From the NCBI GenBank assembly GCA_947427385.1, contig CANEHT010000005.1:3347-67346 (forward strand): 64,000 bases of DNA. Reading direction: 5' to 3'. Source of the DNA: an uncultured Clostridia bacterium (GTDB taxonomy: Bacteria > Bacillota > Clostridia > Lachnospirales > CAMVHY01). The notes beneath the pieces were generated by a model. That model did no database searches. It saw only the letters and a list, made by a program, of their open reading frames with translations, and was not told the DNA's origin. Made by a program: the position numbers and the translations under genes. The stretch's first letter is position 1. The number at the start of each line of letters is the position of its first letter. Shown here piece by piece: positions 50,715 to 60,098 of this stretch.

Positions 50715-51838
50715 TCCGATTTAGAAATAATTTTTGCGACAAGTGAACCATTATAAAAATTAATTTGGACATTTTGGCCAACATTTATTTTTTCGAATGG
50801 CAACGAATTTTTTTGTTCATCACAAACAAAAGAATATCCACGTTTCAAAACGGCAGTCGGTGAAATTTTGTTAAGTAAATTTATTTTATTTTGCAAACAC
50901 AATTTTTTATTTTCAAGATTAACTTTCATTTTATCGGTCAAATTTTTATAATTACATTTGATAATTTTTTTGTAATAATAAATTGAATCAAAAATTTTCT
51001 GCTTTAAAATAATTTTCGTATTATGTAAATCATCACGGACAATATTTAAATCAGGAACAATCATTTCAACGGCAGCAGAAGGTGTTGACGCACGTAAATC
51101 TGAAACAAAATCTGAAAGTGTGTAATCAGTTTCATGGCCAACGGCTGAAACAATTGGAATTTTTGAATTATAAATTCCGCGTACAACAATTTCTTCGTTA
51201 AAAGCCCAAAGGTCTTCGATTGAACCGCCGCCGCGTCCCAAAATTATCACGTCAAAATCTTTATACTTATTAGCTTTTTCTATCGCACGTACAATATCTT
51301 TTGGCGCATCTTTTCCCTGAACAAGTGTTGGAATTAAAATGAGTTGCACCAATCTATTTCGTTTAGCAGAAACCTTTATAATGTCATGAATTGCCGCGCC
51401 AGTGTCCGAAGTTATTACCGCAATTTTTTGTGGGAACTTTGGAATATTTTTTTTATGCTCGGCGTCAAACAAACCTTCGTTTGCCAATTTGTTTTTTAAT
51501 TTTTCAAACGCATTAAACAAATCACCTTTACCAAGCGGTTGAATATATTCCAAACATAATTGATACTGTCCAGATTTTTCGTAAAGAGTTATACGACCGT
51601 AAACCAAAACATTCATTCCATCATAAATATCGAATGAGATTGTCGAGGCAAATTGACGAAAGACTACACAATTTATTGCGGCGGTATTATCTTTCAAAGT
51701 AAAATACATATTACCATTTGAATGATATTTAAAATTGGAGACCTCTGCCTCCAATAATATATCTGAAAGAATTAAATCGTCCTCAATTAAATTTTTAATA
51801 TATTTGTTAACTTGTGAAACACTTAAGACATTATTCAT
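50711..51838 (-). CDS. xseA: Exodeoxyribonuclease VII large subunit
   Basis: N-terminal OB fold, catalytic core (GRGGGS.EDLW) and a coiled-coil tail. Confidence 0.92.
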   Translation of the reverse strand: MNNVLSVSQVNKYIKNLIEDDLILSDILLEAEVSNFKYHSNGNMYFTLKDNTAAINCVVFRQFASTISFDIYDGMNVLVYGRITLYEKSGQYQLCLEYIQPLGKGDLFNAFEKLKNKLANEGLFDAEHKKNIPKFPQKIAVITSDTGAAIHDIIKVSAKRNRLVQLILIPTLVQGKDAPKDIVRAIEKANKYKDFDVIILGRGGGSIEDLWAFNEEIVVRGIYNSKIPIVSAVGHETDYTLSDFVSDLRASTPSAAVEMIVPDLNIVRDDLHNTKIILKQKIFDSIYYYKKIIKCNYKNLTDKMKVNLENKKLCLQNKINLLNKISPTAVLKRGYSFVCDEQKNSLPFEKINVGQNVQINFYNGSLVAKIISKSE

Positions 51839-52247
51839 TTAAAACACCTAAGTTAATATCGGACGAAATTTTTGCGAGTATACCATTTACGAAACCCGTA
51901 GAGGCATCCGTGCCATATTCATTTGCCAAATCAACGACTTCATTAATAACGATAGCAGGTTTATTTTTTTCGTAAAGCATTTCATAAATTGCTAAGCGAA
52001 TTAGCGCCAAATCAATTTTATTTAAACGTGAGAGTGACCATTTTGAGTTATTAGAAATTAATTCATCGATATAAAATAAATTTTCGTACACACCATAAAA
52101 TTCATCATGGATAATAATTTTTTCATGTTCATCAAAATTTTTGATACGATTTATATAGTTATCAAAAATTTCGTCAGGATTTTCTATATTAAAATTAAGT
52201 TGGTAGATTAATTTAAAAGCATGAGTACGTGCAAATTTCCGACTCAT
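51831..52247 (-). CDS. nusB: Transcription antitermination factor NusB
   Basis: ~138 aa with a NusB fold pattern, in the conserved asp23-nusB-xseA neighbourhood. Confidence 0.88.
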   Translation of the reverse strand: MSRKFARTHAFKLIYQLNFNIENPDEIFDNYINRIKNFDEHEKIIIHDEFYGVYENLFYIDELISNNSKWSLSRLNKIDLALIRLAIYEMLYEKNKPAIVINEVVDLANEYGTDASTGFVNGILAKISSDINLGVLNE

Positions 52248-52249
52248 AA

Positions 52250-52600
52250 TTATTTTTTTTCCTTATCGAAATTTATCCCGATTACATTTACATTTATTTC
52301 AGTAACTAAAAGTCCTGTCATTGTTTCAATTGAAGCCTTAATTTTCTTTTGTACCTCTAGCATTACGTCCGGTATTTTATACCCAAATTTAACGGATAAA
52401 TTAATAGCGAGTGAAACTTGTGAGTCATTAATTTCAACCTTAACGCCCTTAGAAAAATTTTTTTTGCCTAATATCTCAGCAATACCACTATGAGCAGTAA
52501 CGACACCCTCAACTTCTAAAGCAGCAGTATTAGCAATAACAGCGATTACGTCGTCAGAGATTTGAACCTGACCGGATTCATCATCTTTTAGCATTACCAT
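52250..52600 (-). CDS. Asp23/Gls24 family envelope stress protein
   Basis: 116 aa with an Asp23 pattern (I.DDVIA.IA..AA.EVEGV) and an RBS (GAGGAGG). Confidence 0.88.
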   Translation of the reverse strand: MVMLKDDESGQVQISDDVIAVIANTAALEVEGVVTAHSGIAEILGKKNFSKGVKVEINDSQVSLAINLSVKFGYKIPDVMLEVQKKIKASIETMTGLLVTEINVNVIGINFDKEKK

Positions 52601-52633
52601 TAATAGTCCTCCTCAAAAAAATATTTTGAAATA

Positions 52634-52663
52634 ATTTTACTTCATCATTTGTAATTAAGTCAA
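52634..52663 (-). promoter_or_regulatory. Sigma-A-type promoter of the asp23-nusB operon
   Basis: On the minus strand: TTGACT, an 18-nt spacer, then TAAAAT. Confidence 0.4.
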
Positions 52664-52706
52664 GAAAAATACAAATAATAATTTCACACAAATATAATTA
52701 AATATT

Positions 52707-52850
52707 TCAAAACCGTTCTTTTTTTTGTAAAAAAAACTCATAATCAACTTCTTCGAAGCTGTTTCATGAAAAAACTTTATAAAGAACTTCGCGCACTGCG
52801 AAGTTCTTTTGCTAAAGTTCTTTTGTTTCTTTTCTTTCAAGAAAAGAAAA
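52707..52850 (-). repeat. Copy A of a ~145-150-nt structured intergenic element (inverted relative to copy B at 60099-60250)
   Basis: Hand alignment of the minus strand here against the plus strand at 60099-60250 shows shared blocks (ACAAAAGAACTTTA.CAAAA, TTTATAAAGTTTT, CATGAA.CAGCTTCGAAGAAG, TTTTTTTACAAAAAAAGAACGGTTTT). Two hairpins have different but still complementary stems. Confidence 0.8.
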
Positions 52851-52881
52851 AATTTATGCTTTTCAAGTGATTTAACTATAC

Positions 52882-52919
52882 AAAAAAAATATGCTGAAAA
52901 GGGACAGCATATTTTTTTT
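52882..52919. terminator. Bidirectional rho-independent terminator downstream of the SASP gene
   Basis: Stem ATATGCTG / CAGCATAT with an 8-nt loop, flanked by A8 and T8 runs. Confidence 0.75.
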
Positions 52920-52944
52920 AAATTTATTACTAATTGATAAAAAT

Positions 52945-53160
52945 TTATTTAGATGATTGAGACATTTGTTTTTCTTGAGCTTCAATCATTTTTTTAACCA
53001 TATATCCACCAACATAACCATTTTGAGCGGAAGTTAAGTCACCATTATAACCTTTTTTCAAAGGTACACCAATTTCATTAGCGACTTCATATTTAAATTG
53101 ATCTAAAGCCTCACGAGCTTCAGGCACAGCTTTTTTATTAGAAGAACTATCATTAGACAT
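52945..53160 (-). CDS. Small acid-soluble spore protein, alpha/beta type
   Basis: 71 aa with SASP signatures (EALDQFKYEVANEIGV; GDLTSAQNGYVGGYMVKKM) and an RBS (AAGGAGG). Confidence 0.93.
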   Translation of the reverse strand: MSNDSSSNKKAVPEAREALDQFKYEVANEIGVPLKKGYNGDLTSAQNGYVGGYMVKKMIEAQEKQMSQSSK

Positions 53161-53274
53161 TATAAAATTACCTCCTTAATCAGTTAAATAAAAAAAATAA
53201 TCAAGTGTTACGGTAATATTATTGTCAAAGGATAGTGAAATTATTAGAGGTAATTTTTGTAACAAAAATTTAAT

Positions 53275-53619
53275 TTATTCGTCTTCATTTTTGTTAAAGA
53301 AATTTAATTTAGAAACTAAACCAGGAACCATATCAATTAATTTACTTAAGCTATCCTGATTTTTAATATTAATCAATTGAACGGAACCATTTTGAATAAC
53401 AAGGACGGAAGATGGAGTAATTTTTGCACCGAGACCACCGACACCATTTTCTTTTTTAGGATTATTTTCAGAAGCACCGGCTCCGACACCAAGTGAAATA
53501 TTAATAAGAGGAATAATAATGATATCGTTAATGTTGATAGCGTCGCCGACAACAGTTTTTGATGCAACAAAGTTTTCCATTTTACTAAATAAAACTTCAA
53601 GATTATTATTTAAACTCAT
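53275..53619 (-). CDS. ytfJ: Sporulation protein YtfJ (GerW family)
   Basis: ~114 aa with a GerW pattern (TVVGDAI......IIP...ISLGVGAG). Confidence 0.85.
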   Translation of the reverse strand: MSLNNNLEVLFSKMENFVASKTVVGDAININDIIIIPLINISLGVGAGASENNPKKENGVGGLGAKITPSSVLVIQNGSVQLINIKNQDSLSKLIDMVPGLVSKLNFFNKNEDE

Positions 53620-53622
53620 TTT

Positions 53623-54147
53623 TTATATCACCTCAAAAAAATTACATTTAATAAATGCAAAAATATATTTTAGCATAAAGAGTAAAAAAAATAGAGTACA
53701 AATTTGTGTACGGAAATAAAGATGTAAGTCAAAAATTTCTTGTTCAAAATTATATTTTATATTCGTACGTATTCCAAAAATATTTTCTAATGCACATGCA
53801 TAACCTGTATAACATGGGTCATCAAATCCAATTTGACCATTAATAATAATTTTTTGAGGGCGTAATTTTTTAATTAACTCTCTAATAAATTTAAAGATAA
53901 TAGATAGAAATTTAATGTCGAATTTATTTTCACCATTTGAATTTTTTTTATTCAATTTTGAAATTACGGATGAATTTTTACCAGATTTATCTTTTAATTT
54001 TTTTTTTGTACTATCAAATTTTACGAGCCCAAATAGGTAGCTCACTCTAAATTTTATTTTTATTCCATTATTTATTTTGATATCTATTACATATTTAATA
54101 GGGAGAAGTAGAAAAAAAATAATCATACTAAAAATTACTATGAGCAT
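53623..54147 (-). CDS. DUF2953 (YtfI-like) sporulation-associated membrane protein
   Basis: N-terminal TM segment, and the conserved pairing immediately upstream of ytfJ. Confidence 0.6.
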   Translation of the reverse strand: MLIVIFSMIIFFLLLPIKYVIDIKINNGIKIKFRVSYLFGLVKFDSTKKKLKDKSGKNSSVISKLNKKNSNGENKFDIKFLSIIFKFIRELIKKLRPQKIIINGQIGFDDPCYTGYACALENIFGIRTNIKYNFEQEIFDLHLYFRTQICTLFFLLFMLKYIFAFIKCNFFEVI

Positions 54148-54151
54148 AATT

Positions 54152-55057
54152 TCACCTTCTTAATTTTTTAATGAGCTCTAAAAAATATTGCGGTGGTTCC
54201 TTCTCAAATTTAACATATTTTTTCGTAGTTGGATGAATAAATCCTAAAGTTTTTGCGTGTAGAACTTGCCCTACTAATTTAAAATTTTTATTACTCCCAC
54301 CATAAACATCGTCACCTAATACCGGATGATTTATACTTGCCATATGTACTCGAATTTGATGAGTACGTCCAGTCTCAAGTTTTAATTTAATCAAAGTGTA
54401 ACATTTTAAGTTCTCAATTATATTATAATGCGTAATTGCAGAACGACCTTTTAACGCATTGATCGACATTTTTGTTCTTTCATGTATGTCGCGCCCAATA
54501 GGTTTGTTTATAGTTCCATTTTCATTTAAATTTCCTTTCACTATTGCTAGATACTCACGTTCTATCGAATGATTAGCAAATTGTTCAGCTAAAAATCTGT
54601 GCGCATTATCATTTTTTGCAATAACTATTATTCCTGACGTATTTTTATCGATACGATGTACAATTCCTGGCCGTAAAATTCCGTTTATACCTGATAAATT
54701 TTTGCAATGAAAAAGTAAAGCATTTACAAGTGTACCGGAAAAATTTCCAATGGCAGGATGTACAACCATTTGTTGCGGTTTGTTTACAATTATTAAATCA
54801 TCATCTTCATAAACTATATCGAGCGGAATATTTTCAGCGGTGATAGCTAATTTTTGAGGTTGCGGGATTTTTATTTTTATTTCATCATTTAATTTTGTCA
54901 GGTAGTTTACTTTTGCAAATTTTTGTTGTACAATTACATTGTTATTTTTAATTAAGCGTTGGATGTAGCTACGAGAAAAATTTTCAAGCTTTGAAGTCAA
55001 AAAAATATCGAGGCGCATATTGACCTCGGTGTTTTCTACGAAAAAAGTTTTTTCCAT
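54152..55057 (-). CDS. rluD: 23S rRNA pseudouridine synthase, RluA/RluD family
   Basis: S4 domain and the catalytic HRIDKNTSG motif. Confidence 0.9.
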   Translation of the reverse strand: MEKTFFVENTEVNMRLDIFLTSKLENFSRSYIQRLIKNNNVIVQQKFAKVNYLTKLNDEIKIKIPQPQKLAITAENIPLDIVYEDDDLIIVNKPQQMVVHPAIGNFSGTLVNALLFHCKNLSGINGILRPGIVHRIDKNTSGIIVIAKNDNAHRFLAEQFANHSIEREYLAIVKGNLNENGTINKPIGRDIHERTKMSINALKGRSAITHYNIIENLKCYTLIKLKLETGRTHQIRVHMASINHPVLGDDVYGGSNKNFKLVGQVLHAKTLGFIHPTTKKYVKFEKEPPQYFLELIKKLRR

Positions 55058-55058
55058 T

Positions 55059-55928
55059 TTAATTTTTCTCTCCTAAAAAGTAAGAAATTATAGCGCCAAT
55101 TGTAAAAGTAACTGCACTTACCATTATCGTAAACGAATTTACTCCACTTTGATAAGTAATTGGTGTAGAAAAAATTCCGTATACGGAACCGATTACAAGT
55201 CCTAGAATTGCGGAATAAGTTGCGCCATAAAATTTATCCATCAAAAATGAAATTACTTTTGAGATGAATAAGATTCCTAAAATTATTCCAAATCCTAACG
55301 CTGCAACAGTTACTCCAGTATTTATCAAAAAATTTTTATCTGAAATGTTAAGAAAACATTTGGAAATGTTGGAGATTGTATGGATTACATGTGGATAAAT
55401 TCCTAAAAGAATCATTACAAATGAACCACTTATTCCAGGAATAATCATTGCCGCCGCAGCTAAAAATCCGCCTAAAAACATTTTTGCTAAAAATAAAATT
55501 TCAATTTCTTCATTAATATTGCTAATGTTATTGCTTTTTATCATTGAAATTAATATGACAATTGTAGCGGACATTAAAGTTAGTAAAATGTAATATGATT
55601 TCATTCCATTTAAAATAGATTTTTTGTAGATAATTGGAATGCTTCCACAAACAAGTCCAACAAAAAATAAATTTGTAGGTAACGAATAATTGTTGAGGCA
55701 AAATTCTAAAAACGAACTGAAAACTAAAATGCTAAAAACAATTCCTAATCCGAGTGGTAAAATAAAACTCAAATTTTTTTTGATGTCTTTGCTAAAATTA
55801 TTTATTGCATTTATAATTTGATCAAAGACATTTAAAATAACGGCAATTGTTCCACCGCTAACACCTGGAATAATATTGGCGATACCGATAAACATTCCTT
55901 TGATAAAATTTATAAAATTGTGCTTCAT
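55059..55928 (-). CDS. DUF368 family polytopic membrane protein
   Basis: Duplicated PGVSGGT / PGISGS motifs and ~8 TM segments. Confidence 0.75.
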   Translation of the reverse strand: MKHNFINFIKGMFIGIANIIPGVSGGTIAVILNVFDQIINAINNFSKDIKKNLSFILPLGLGIVFSILVFSSFLEFCLNNYSLPTNLFFVGLVCGSIPIIYKKSILNGMKSYYILLTLMSATIVILISMIKSNNISNINEEIEILFLAKMFLGGFLAAAAMIIPGISGSFVMILLGIYPHVIHTISNISKCFLNISDKNFLINTGVTVAALGFGIILGILFISKVISFLMDKFYGATYSAILGLVIGSVYGIFSTPITYQSGVNSFTIMVSAVTFTIGAIISYFLGEKN

Positions 55929-56156
55929 AATTTTTTATCTCCTCTACAATTTTTTCATTCGAATTATATCACATACAAAATTATTGAAAAAGTTAAATTG
56001 ATATTTCGTTGAGAGTTTATGTCATAAATGTTCAAAAAATATCAAAGTAAGTAATCGGCAAATTCAAAAAAATACTTGCATTCAATATTTAATTTATTGT
56101 ATAATATGAATATAAAATTGCGCAATTGATTTGCTAAAAAATAGGAGGAGAAATAC

Positions 56157-56585
56157 TTGGCTGGAAAAACTTTATCCAAACAAAAAAGAAAAGAATTAAT
56201 TCAAAAACGTGAAAATTGGCAAGTTTTCTCTAACCTATTATCTAAAGCAATAAGCGATTTGGACAGAGCTACTAAATTTGAAGAATCTTGTGAGATAATT
56301 AACAATTTTATATATCTTAGCCGTCAATTATTTCGAAAACAGGATGAAGAAATCAATGAAATAATCGATAAATTAGACGAATTTGTTGAAGATGCACAGA
56401 AAAAAATGTATGATTTAGAACAAAAATCAAAGCCATTAATTCGAAAAACTATTGAATTATACAATTCAATGTACAACGGTGATTTAACTTTCGATAATAA
56501 TGTTGAACAATGGTTTACAAGAACTTTCCCATTAATAGTTTTGTATGTTAATAAAAATGCAAGTGCTGATAATGAAAGTGAATAA
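56157..56585 (+). CDS. Hypothetical helical protein (142 aa)
   Basis: TTG start 7 nt after AGGAGGAG, with a promoter-like TTGCAT...TATAAT upstream. No motif was recognised. Confidence 0.5.
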   Translation: MAGKTLSKQKRKELIQKRENWQVFSNLLSKAISDLDRATKFEESCEIINNFIYLSRQLFRKQDEEINEIIDKLDEFVEDAQKKMYDLEQKSKPLIRKTIELYNSMYNGDLTFDNNVEQWFTRTFPLIVLYVNKNASADNESE

Positions 56586-56680
56586 AATTTTTACATTAAC
56601 ATTTAATTTTTTAAATTAAATATGTATAACATTACAGCAGTTTTGTATGTTAATAAAAAATATTAAAGAGGGTGATAAAA

Positions 56681-57085
56681 GTGAATGAGCCAAATAATTT
56701 ATCTTCTTTCGTAGGTAAACTTTCAGAGTTATGGCAAAATATGAATAATTGCACTAATGATATGCAAACTGATTCAATCAGTTTATTAAAAAAATATATG
56801 GAAATAGCAAAAAATAAATTTAATAATTTAGACGAACAAATTGAAAATAGCAAAGCTCCCAACATATTTGTGTCACTCTTTTCTAAATTTTTATCATTAT
56901 TTTCTAAAAAAGATATTTCAGAAAAACTTTCAGAGGAAACTTTATTTGAATCTACAACTGAAAAGCAACAAATTGTTATTGAAAATAAAGAAAGTTTAAT
57001 TTCTAAAGCAAATGATGTCAAAAATTCTATGGATAATAAAAATGAAATTAATATCAATAATAAAGAGAAAGGTGTTGAAATTTAA
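56681..57085 (+). CDS. Hypothetical helical protein (~134 aa), translationally coupled to rpmE
   Basis: The GTG at 56681 lies 9 nt after AGAGG. Its stop TAA overlaps the rpmE ATG (TAATG). Confidence 0.5.
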   Translation: MNEPNNLSSFVGKLSELWQNMNNCTNDMQTDSISLLKKYMEIAKNKFNNLDEQIENSKAPNIFVSLFSKFLSLFSKKDISEKLSEETLFESTTEKQQIVIENKESLISKANDVKNSMDNKNEININNKEKGVEI

Positions 57086-57306
57086 TGAAAAAAAATTTGC
57101 ATCCAGATTATTTTTTAACTACTGTAAAATGTAACTGTGGCAATGAATTTAAAACAGGTTCAACAAAAGAAGAAATAAAAGTTGAAGTTTGTTCAAAATG
57201 CCATCCTTTTTATACCGGAAATAAAAATACTTTGCTTGAATCTGGTGGTCAAGTAGATAAATTTAAAAAGCGTTATACAAACTATAAAAAGCACTCAAAC
57301 GTTTAA
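57085..57306 (+). CDS. rpmE: 50S ribosomal protein L31 (Zn-ribbon, type A)
   Basis: N-terminus MKKNLHPDY and Cys pairs CNC...CSKC. Confidence 0.95.
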   Translation: MKKNLHPDYFLTTVKCNCGNEFKTGSTKEEIKVEVCSKCHPFYTGNKNTLLESGGQVDKFKKRYTNYKKHSNV

Positions 57307-57325
57307 AATTGTTTGGTGCTTTTTT
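57290..57325 (+). terminator. Rho-independent terminator after rpmE
   Basis: Stem AGCAC(T)CAAAC / GTTTGGTGCT followed by T5. A second hairpin plus T-run lies at 57351-57385. Confidence 0.65.
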
Positions 57326-57611
57326 ATTGCAAAAAATTATTGATTTCATAAAAAACTGATACGAGTTATTGTATCAGTTTTTTTGCTTAAATAAAAATTT
57401 CAAAAACTAATTAAAAAAATTTACCAAAGATTAAATTGTATATAAAAATAGTTTGCGGGAAATAACAACAAGTAAAATAAATTATTTATAGTATTCGTTA
57501 GTAAAATCAATATATTTTTCAATAAGCAATATAAAATGCTCTGTCGCTTTTTGTTGACAAAAACAAATCTATCTGTTATCATAAGAAAAATTTTTTAAGG
57601 AGGAATTAGCA

Positions 57612-60083
57612 ATGAATATAAAATTGAAAAATGTAGTAAGTTTAGGAATGTCATTACTTATTTCGTTTTCAAGTGGAAATGTTTATTCACAAAATCATAT
57701 GATTTATGCTGATTCAAATTACATTGATGGAATAAATACTATGAACGCAATAACTTTTACTATCGAAGGAGGAACTGCAAATACTGATTATACCTATGAA
57801 AACGGTGTATTGACTATTAAATCTTCGACACCAATGACAATTAAAAACTCAGATCCAAATACACCAACAAGCGACCGAATCGAAATTAACTCAGAAGCAA
57901 ATTTGACGCTAGCCGGAGTAAACATAGAAGCGACTGATGGTGCAGCGATTAAGATTGCTGACGATGCTACTTTTAATGTTAATATATTTCTTGAAGATGG
58001 TAGCAAAAATATTTTGAAAGGAAAAGAAGGAAGTTGGGACAATCCTGGCTTTCCAGGTATAGAAAAAAATGGGGAAAGTGACAACATTGGATTGCTGACT
58101 ATTAGTATATCTGACGGTTCTGTAGGAACTGGTAAGTTGACGGCAACTGGAGGATATTATGGAGCCGGAATTGGCGGTGGAAAGAATGGAAGTGCAAGCA
58201 ACATCACAATTAGTGGTGGTGAAATTACAGCAACTGGAGGAAACTCTGCTGCCGGAATCGGCGGTGGAAGCAGTGGAAACGGAAGCAACATCACAATTAG
58301 TGGCGGCGAAGTTACAGCAACTGGAGGATATACTGGAGCTGGAATTGGCGGTGGAAATGGTGGTGATGCAAGCAACATAACAATCAATGGCGGCTCAGTG
58401 ATAGCGATTTCAAACGGTGCAGACTATGCGGGAGCTGGAATTGGCGGTGGAGGTGGATATGGAAACAACGGAAGCAACATTACAATTAGTGGCGGTCTGG
58501 TGAAAGCAATAGGGTATGGAGGAGCTGGAATTGGTGGCGGAAATGGTGGTGATGGAAATAATATCAAAATCAGCGGAGGCATTGTAATAGCAATAGGAAA
58601 AGATTCTCAAGTTGGATATGGAGGTGGAGCTGGGATTGGTGGCGGACAAGACTATAATGGAACTGGAGATGGAAGCGATAATATTTTAGAAGGTAATGCG
58701 GTATTAATTGCAGCCTGTGAAAATCCTGATAAAAATGTGCTGCAAGGTTTTACATTCAAAAGTGGAATTGTCTTTGAAAGTCAAGGTGACTCTGGTACTT
58801 ATGAAGGAACGATGTACGGAGATAAAGTAACGATAACAGGAGACGTAACTTTTCCATCAAATTTTACAATAGAAGAGAATAAAACGCTTGAGATATATAA
58901 AGATGTTACATTAACAATTGACAAAGATACTGAACTAACAATTAACGATGGAGCTGTTCTCAAAAATCGTGGTATATTGGTGGAGAATGGAAATATAAAA
59001 TTTGATGGAAATGGCGTAATTGAGACGGAAATAATTTATGTAGCAAAAAAAGAAGCAACTTATAATGAAAGTAATAGCGATAATATACCAAGCACTAGTG
59101 AATATAAAACGTATCTGGATAGCAACGGAATTAAAACTTATGGAGAATTACCAATGCCAACAAGGAACGGATATGATTTTGAAGGTTGGTACACTGAAAA
59201 GACAGGTGGCGAACAAATAAAAGAAGATACACAAGTTATGCCAAATTTACATGTATTATATGCACATTGGAAAAGTAATGAAGAGCAAACTCCAGAGCCA
59301 ACACCAAGTCCGACACCAGAAGAAAAACCAGAACCAACTCCTGAAGCAAATGGAGGAAATAGTGAAGGATTTAGTTGGAATTATATAGAGAGAGATAATG
59401 TTGAGGAAATACAAATACCCGAAGAAAAACCAAATGAAGCAATTAAAACGAAAACCTTAAAAGATATTCAAAAGGAAATACCAGAAAGATTAAAAAACAT
59501 TGCTTATATAAAAGGTTATAAAGATGGAACATTTAAACCGAATAATAATATAACACGAGCTGAAGCAGCAACAATGCTTTATAAATTGATGTATGATGGT
59601 AGACAAATTGATATAAATATTTTGTATCAATATAATGATGTAGAAAAAAATAATTGGTCAACAGCAGCAATTGCATATTTAAGTCAACAAGGAATAACGC
59701 AAGGTTTTGACGGAAAATTTAGACCAAATGATAAAATTACACGAGCAGAGTTTGCAAAAATTGTTTATGAATCACTTTTGAGCTATAATATGAATAAAAA
59801 TTCAAAATTAATTTATGGAGAAAATGAATTTAGATTTTCTGATATTAAAAATGATTGGACATTTGAGCCAATAAAACAATTAGCAACGAATGAAATGATA
59901 AATGGTTATGAAAATAATTTATTTAAACCAAATGAAAATATAACTCGCGCAGAAGCAGTAAAAATTATTAATAAAGCTTTTGGACGAAGTGAAAATTGGA
60001 TTGGCTCAGTAAGTTTTGATGATGTTAGTGAAAATCATTGGGCTTATAAATTTATTATGAATGCGGCTAATGGTATAAAGTAA
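57612..60083 (+). CDS. Cell-surface protein with a signal peptide, Gly-rich beta-helix-like repeats, a Listeria/Bacteroides (Flg_new) repeat, a Pro/Thr/Glu linker and three SLH domains
   Basis: Six GAGIGGG....SNITISGG units, GYDFEGWYTEKTGGEQI, TPEPTPSPTPEEKPEPTPE, and three copies of F(K/R)PN..ITRAE. Confidence 0.85.
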   Translation: MNIKLKNVVSLGMSLLISFSSGNVYSQNHMIYADSNYIDGINTMNAITFTIEGGTANTDYTYENGVLTIKSSTPMTIKNSDPNTPTSDRIEINSEANLTLAGVNIEATDGAAIKIADDATFNVNIFLEDGSKNILKGKEGSWDNPGFPGIEKNGESDNIGLLTISISDGSVGTGKLTATGGYYGAGIGGGKNGSASNITISGGEITATGGNSAAGIGGGSSGNGSNITISGGEVTATGGYTGAGIGGGNGGDASNITINGGSVIAISNGADYAGAGIGGGGGYGNNGSNITISGGLVKAIGYGGAGIGGGNGGDGNNIKISGGIVIAIGKDSQVGYGGGAGIGGGQDYNGTGDGSDNILEGNAVLIAACENPDKNVLQGFTFKSGIVFESQGDSGTYEGTMYGDKVTITGDVTFPSNFTIEENKTLEIYKDVTLTIDKDTELTINDGAVLKNRGILVENGNIKFDGNGVIETEIIYVAKKEATYNESNSDNIPSTSEYKTYLDSNGIKTYGELPMPTRNGYDFEGWYTEKTGGEQIKEDTQVMPNLHVLYAHWKSNEEQTPEPTPSPTPEEKPEPTPEANGGNSEGFSWNYIERDNVEEIQIPEEKPNEAIKTKTLKDIQKEIPERLKNIAYIKGYKDGTFKPNNNITRAEAATMLYKLMYDGRQIDINILYQYNDVEKNNWSTAAIAYLSQQGITQGFDGKFRPNDKITRAEFAKIVYESLLSYNMNKNSKLIYGENEFRFSDIKNDWTFEPIKQLATNEMINGYENNLFKPNENITRAEAVKIINKAFGRSENWIGSVSFDDVSENHWAYKFIMNAANGIK
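58140..58660 (+). repeat. Imperfect tandem coding repeats (87-105 nt units, six copies) inside the SLH protein gene
   Basis: GGAGC(C/T)GGAAT(T/C)GGCGGTGGA recurs at 87-nt spacing for the first units. The shadow ORFs at 58157-58649 on both strands are by-products of these repeats. Confidence 0.85.
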
Positions 60084-60098
60084 ATTCAAAACAAGACC

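Noticed and set aside
52655-52840. A 61-aa ORF (and the 95-aa ORF at 60149-60436) with mutually similar translations, which could be read as a small paralogous protein family
   Set aside because: The similarity comes from the inverted DNA repeat described in the findings. The ORFs run through terminator hairpins and homopolymer runs, have no RBS and diverge outside the repeat. They were treated as non-coding.
53161-53274. A sigma-G-type forespore promoter upstream of the SASP gene
   Set aside because: One is expected on biological grounds, but I could not find a convincing GNATR-17/18-CATNNTA match by eye, so no feature is reported.
58140-58660. Regularly spaced ~87-nt repeats that could superficially suggest a CRISPR-like array, with ORFs on both strands (58157-58387, 58159-58380, 58410-58649)
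   Set aside because: The repeats are contiguous with no unique spacers. They are in frame within a long ORF and encode a Gly-rich protein repeat. The opposite-strand ORFs are by-products of GGN/NCC periodicity.
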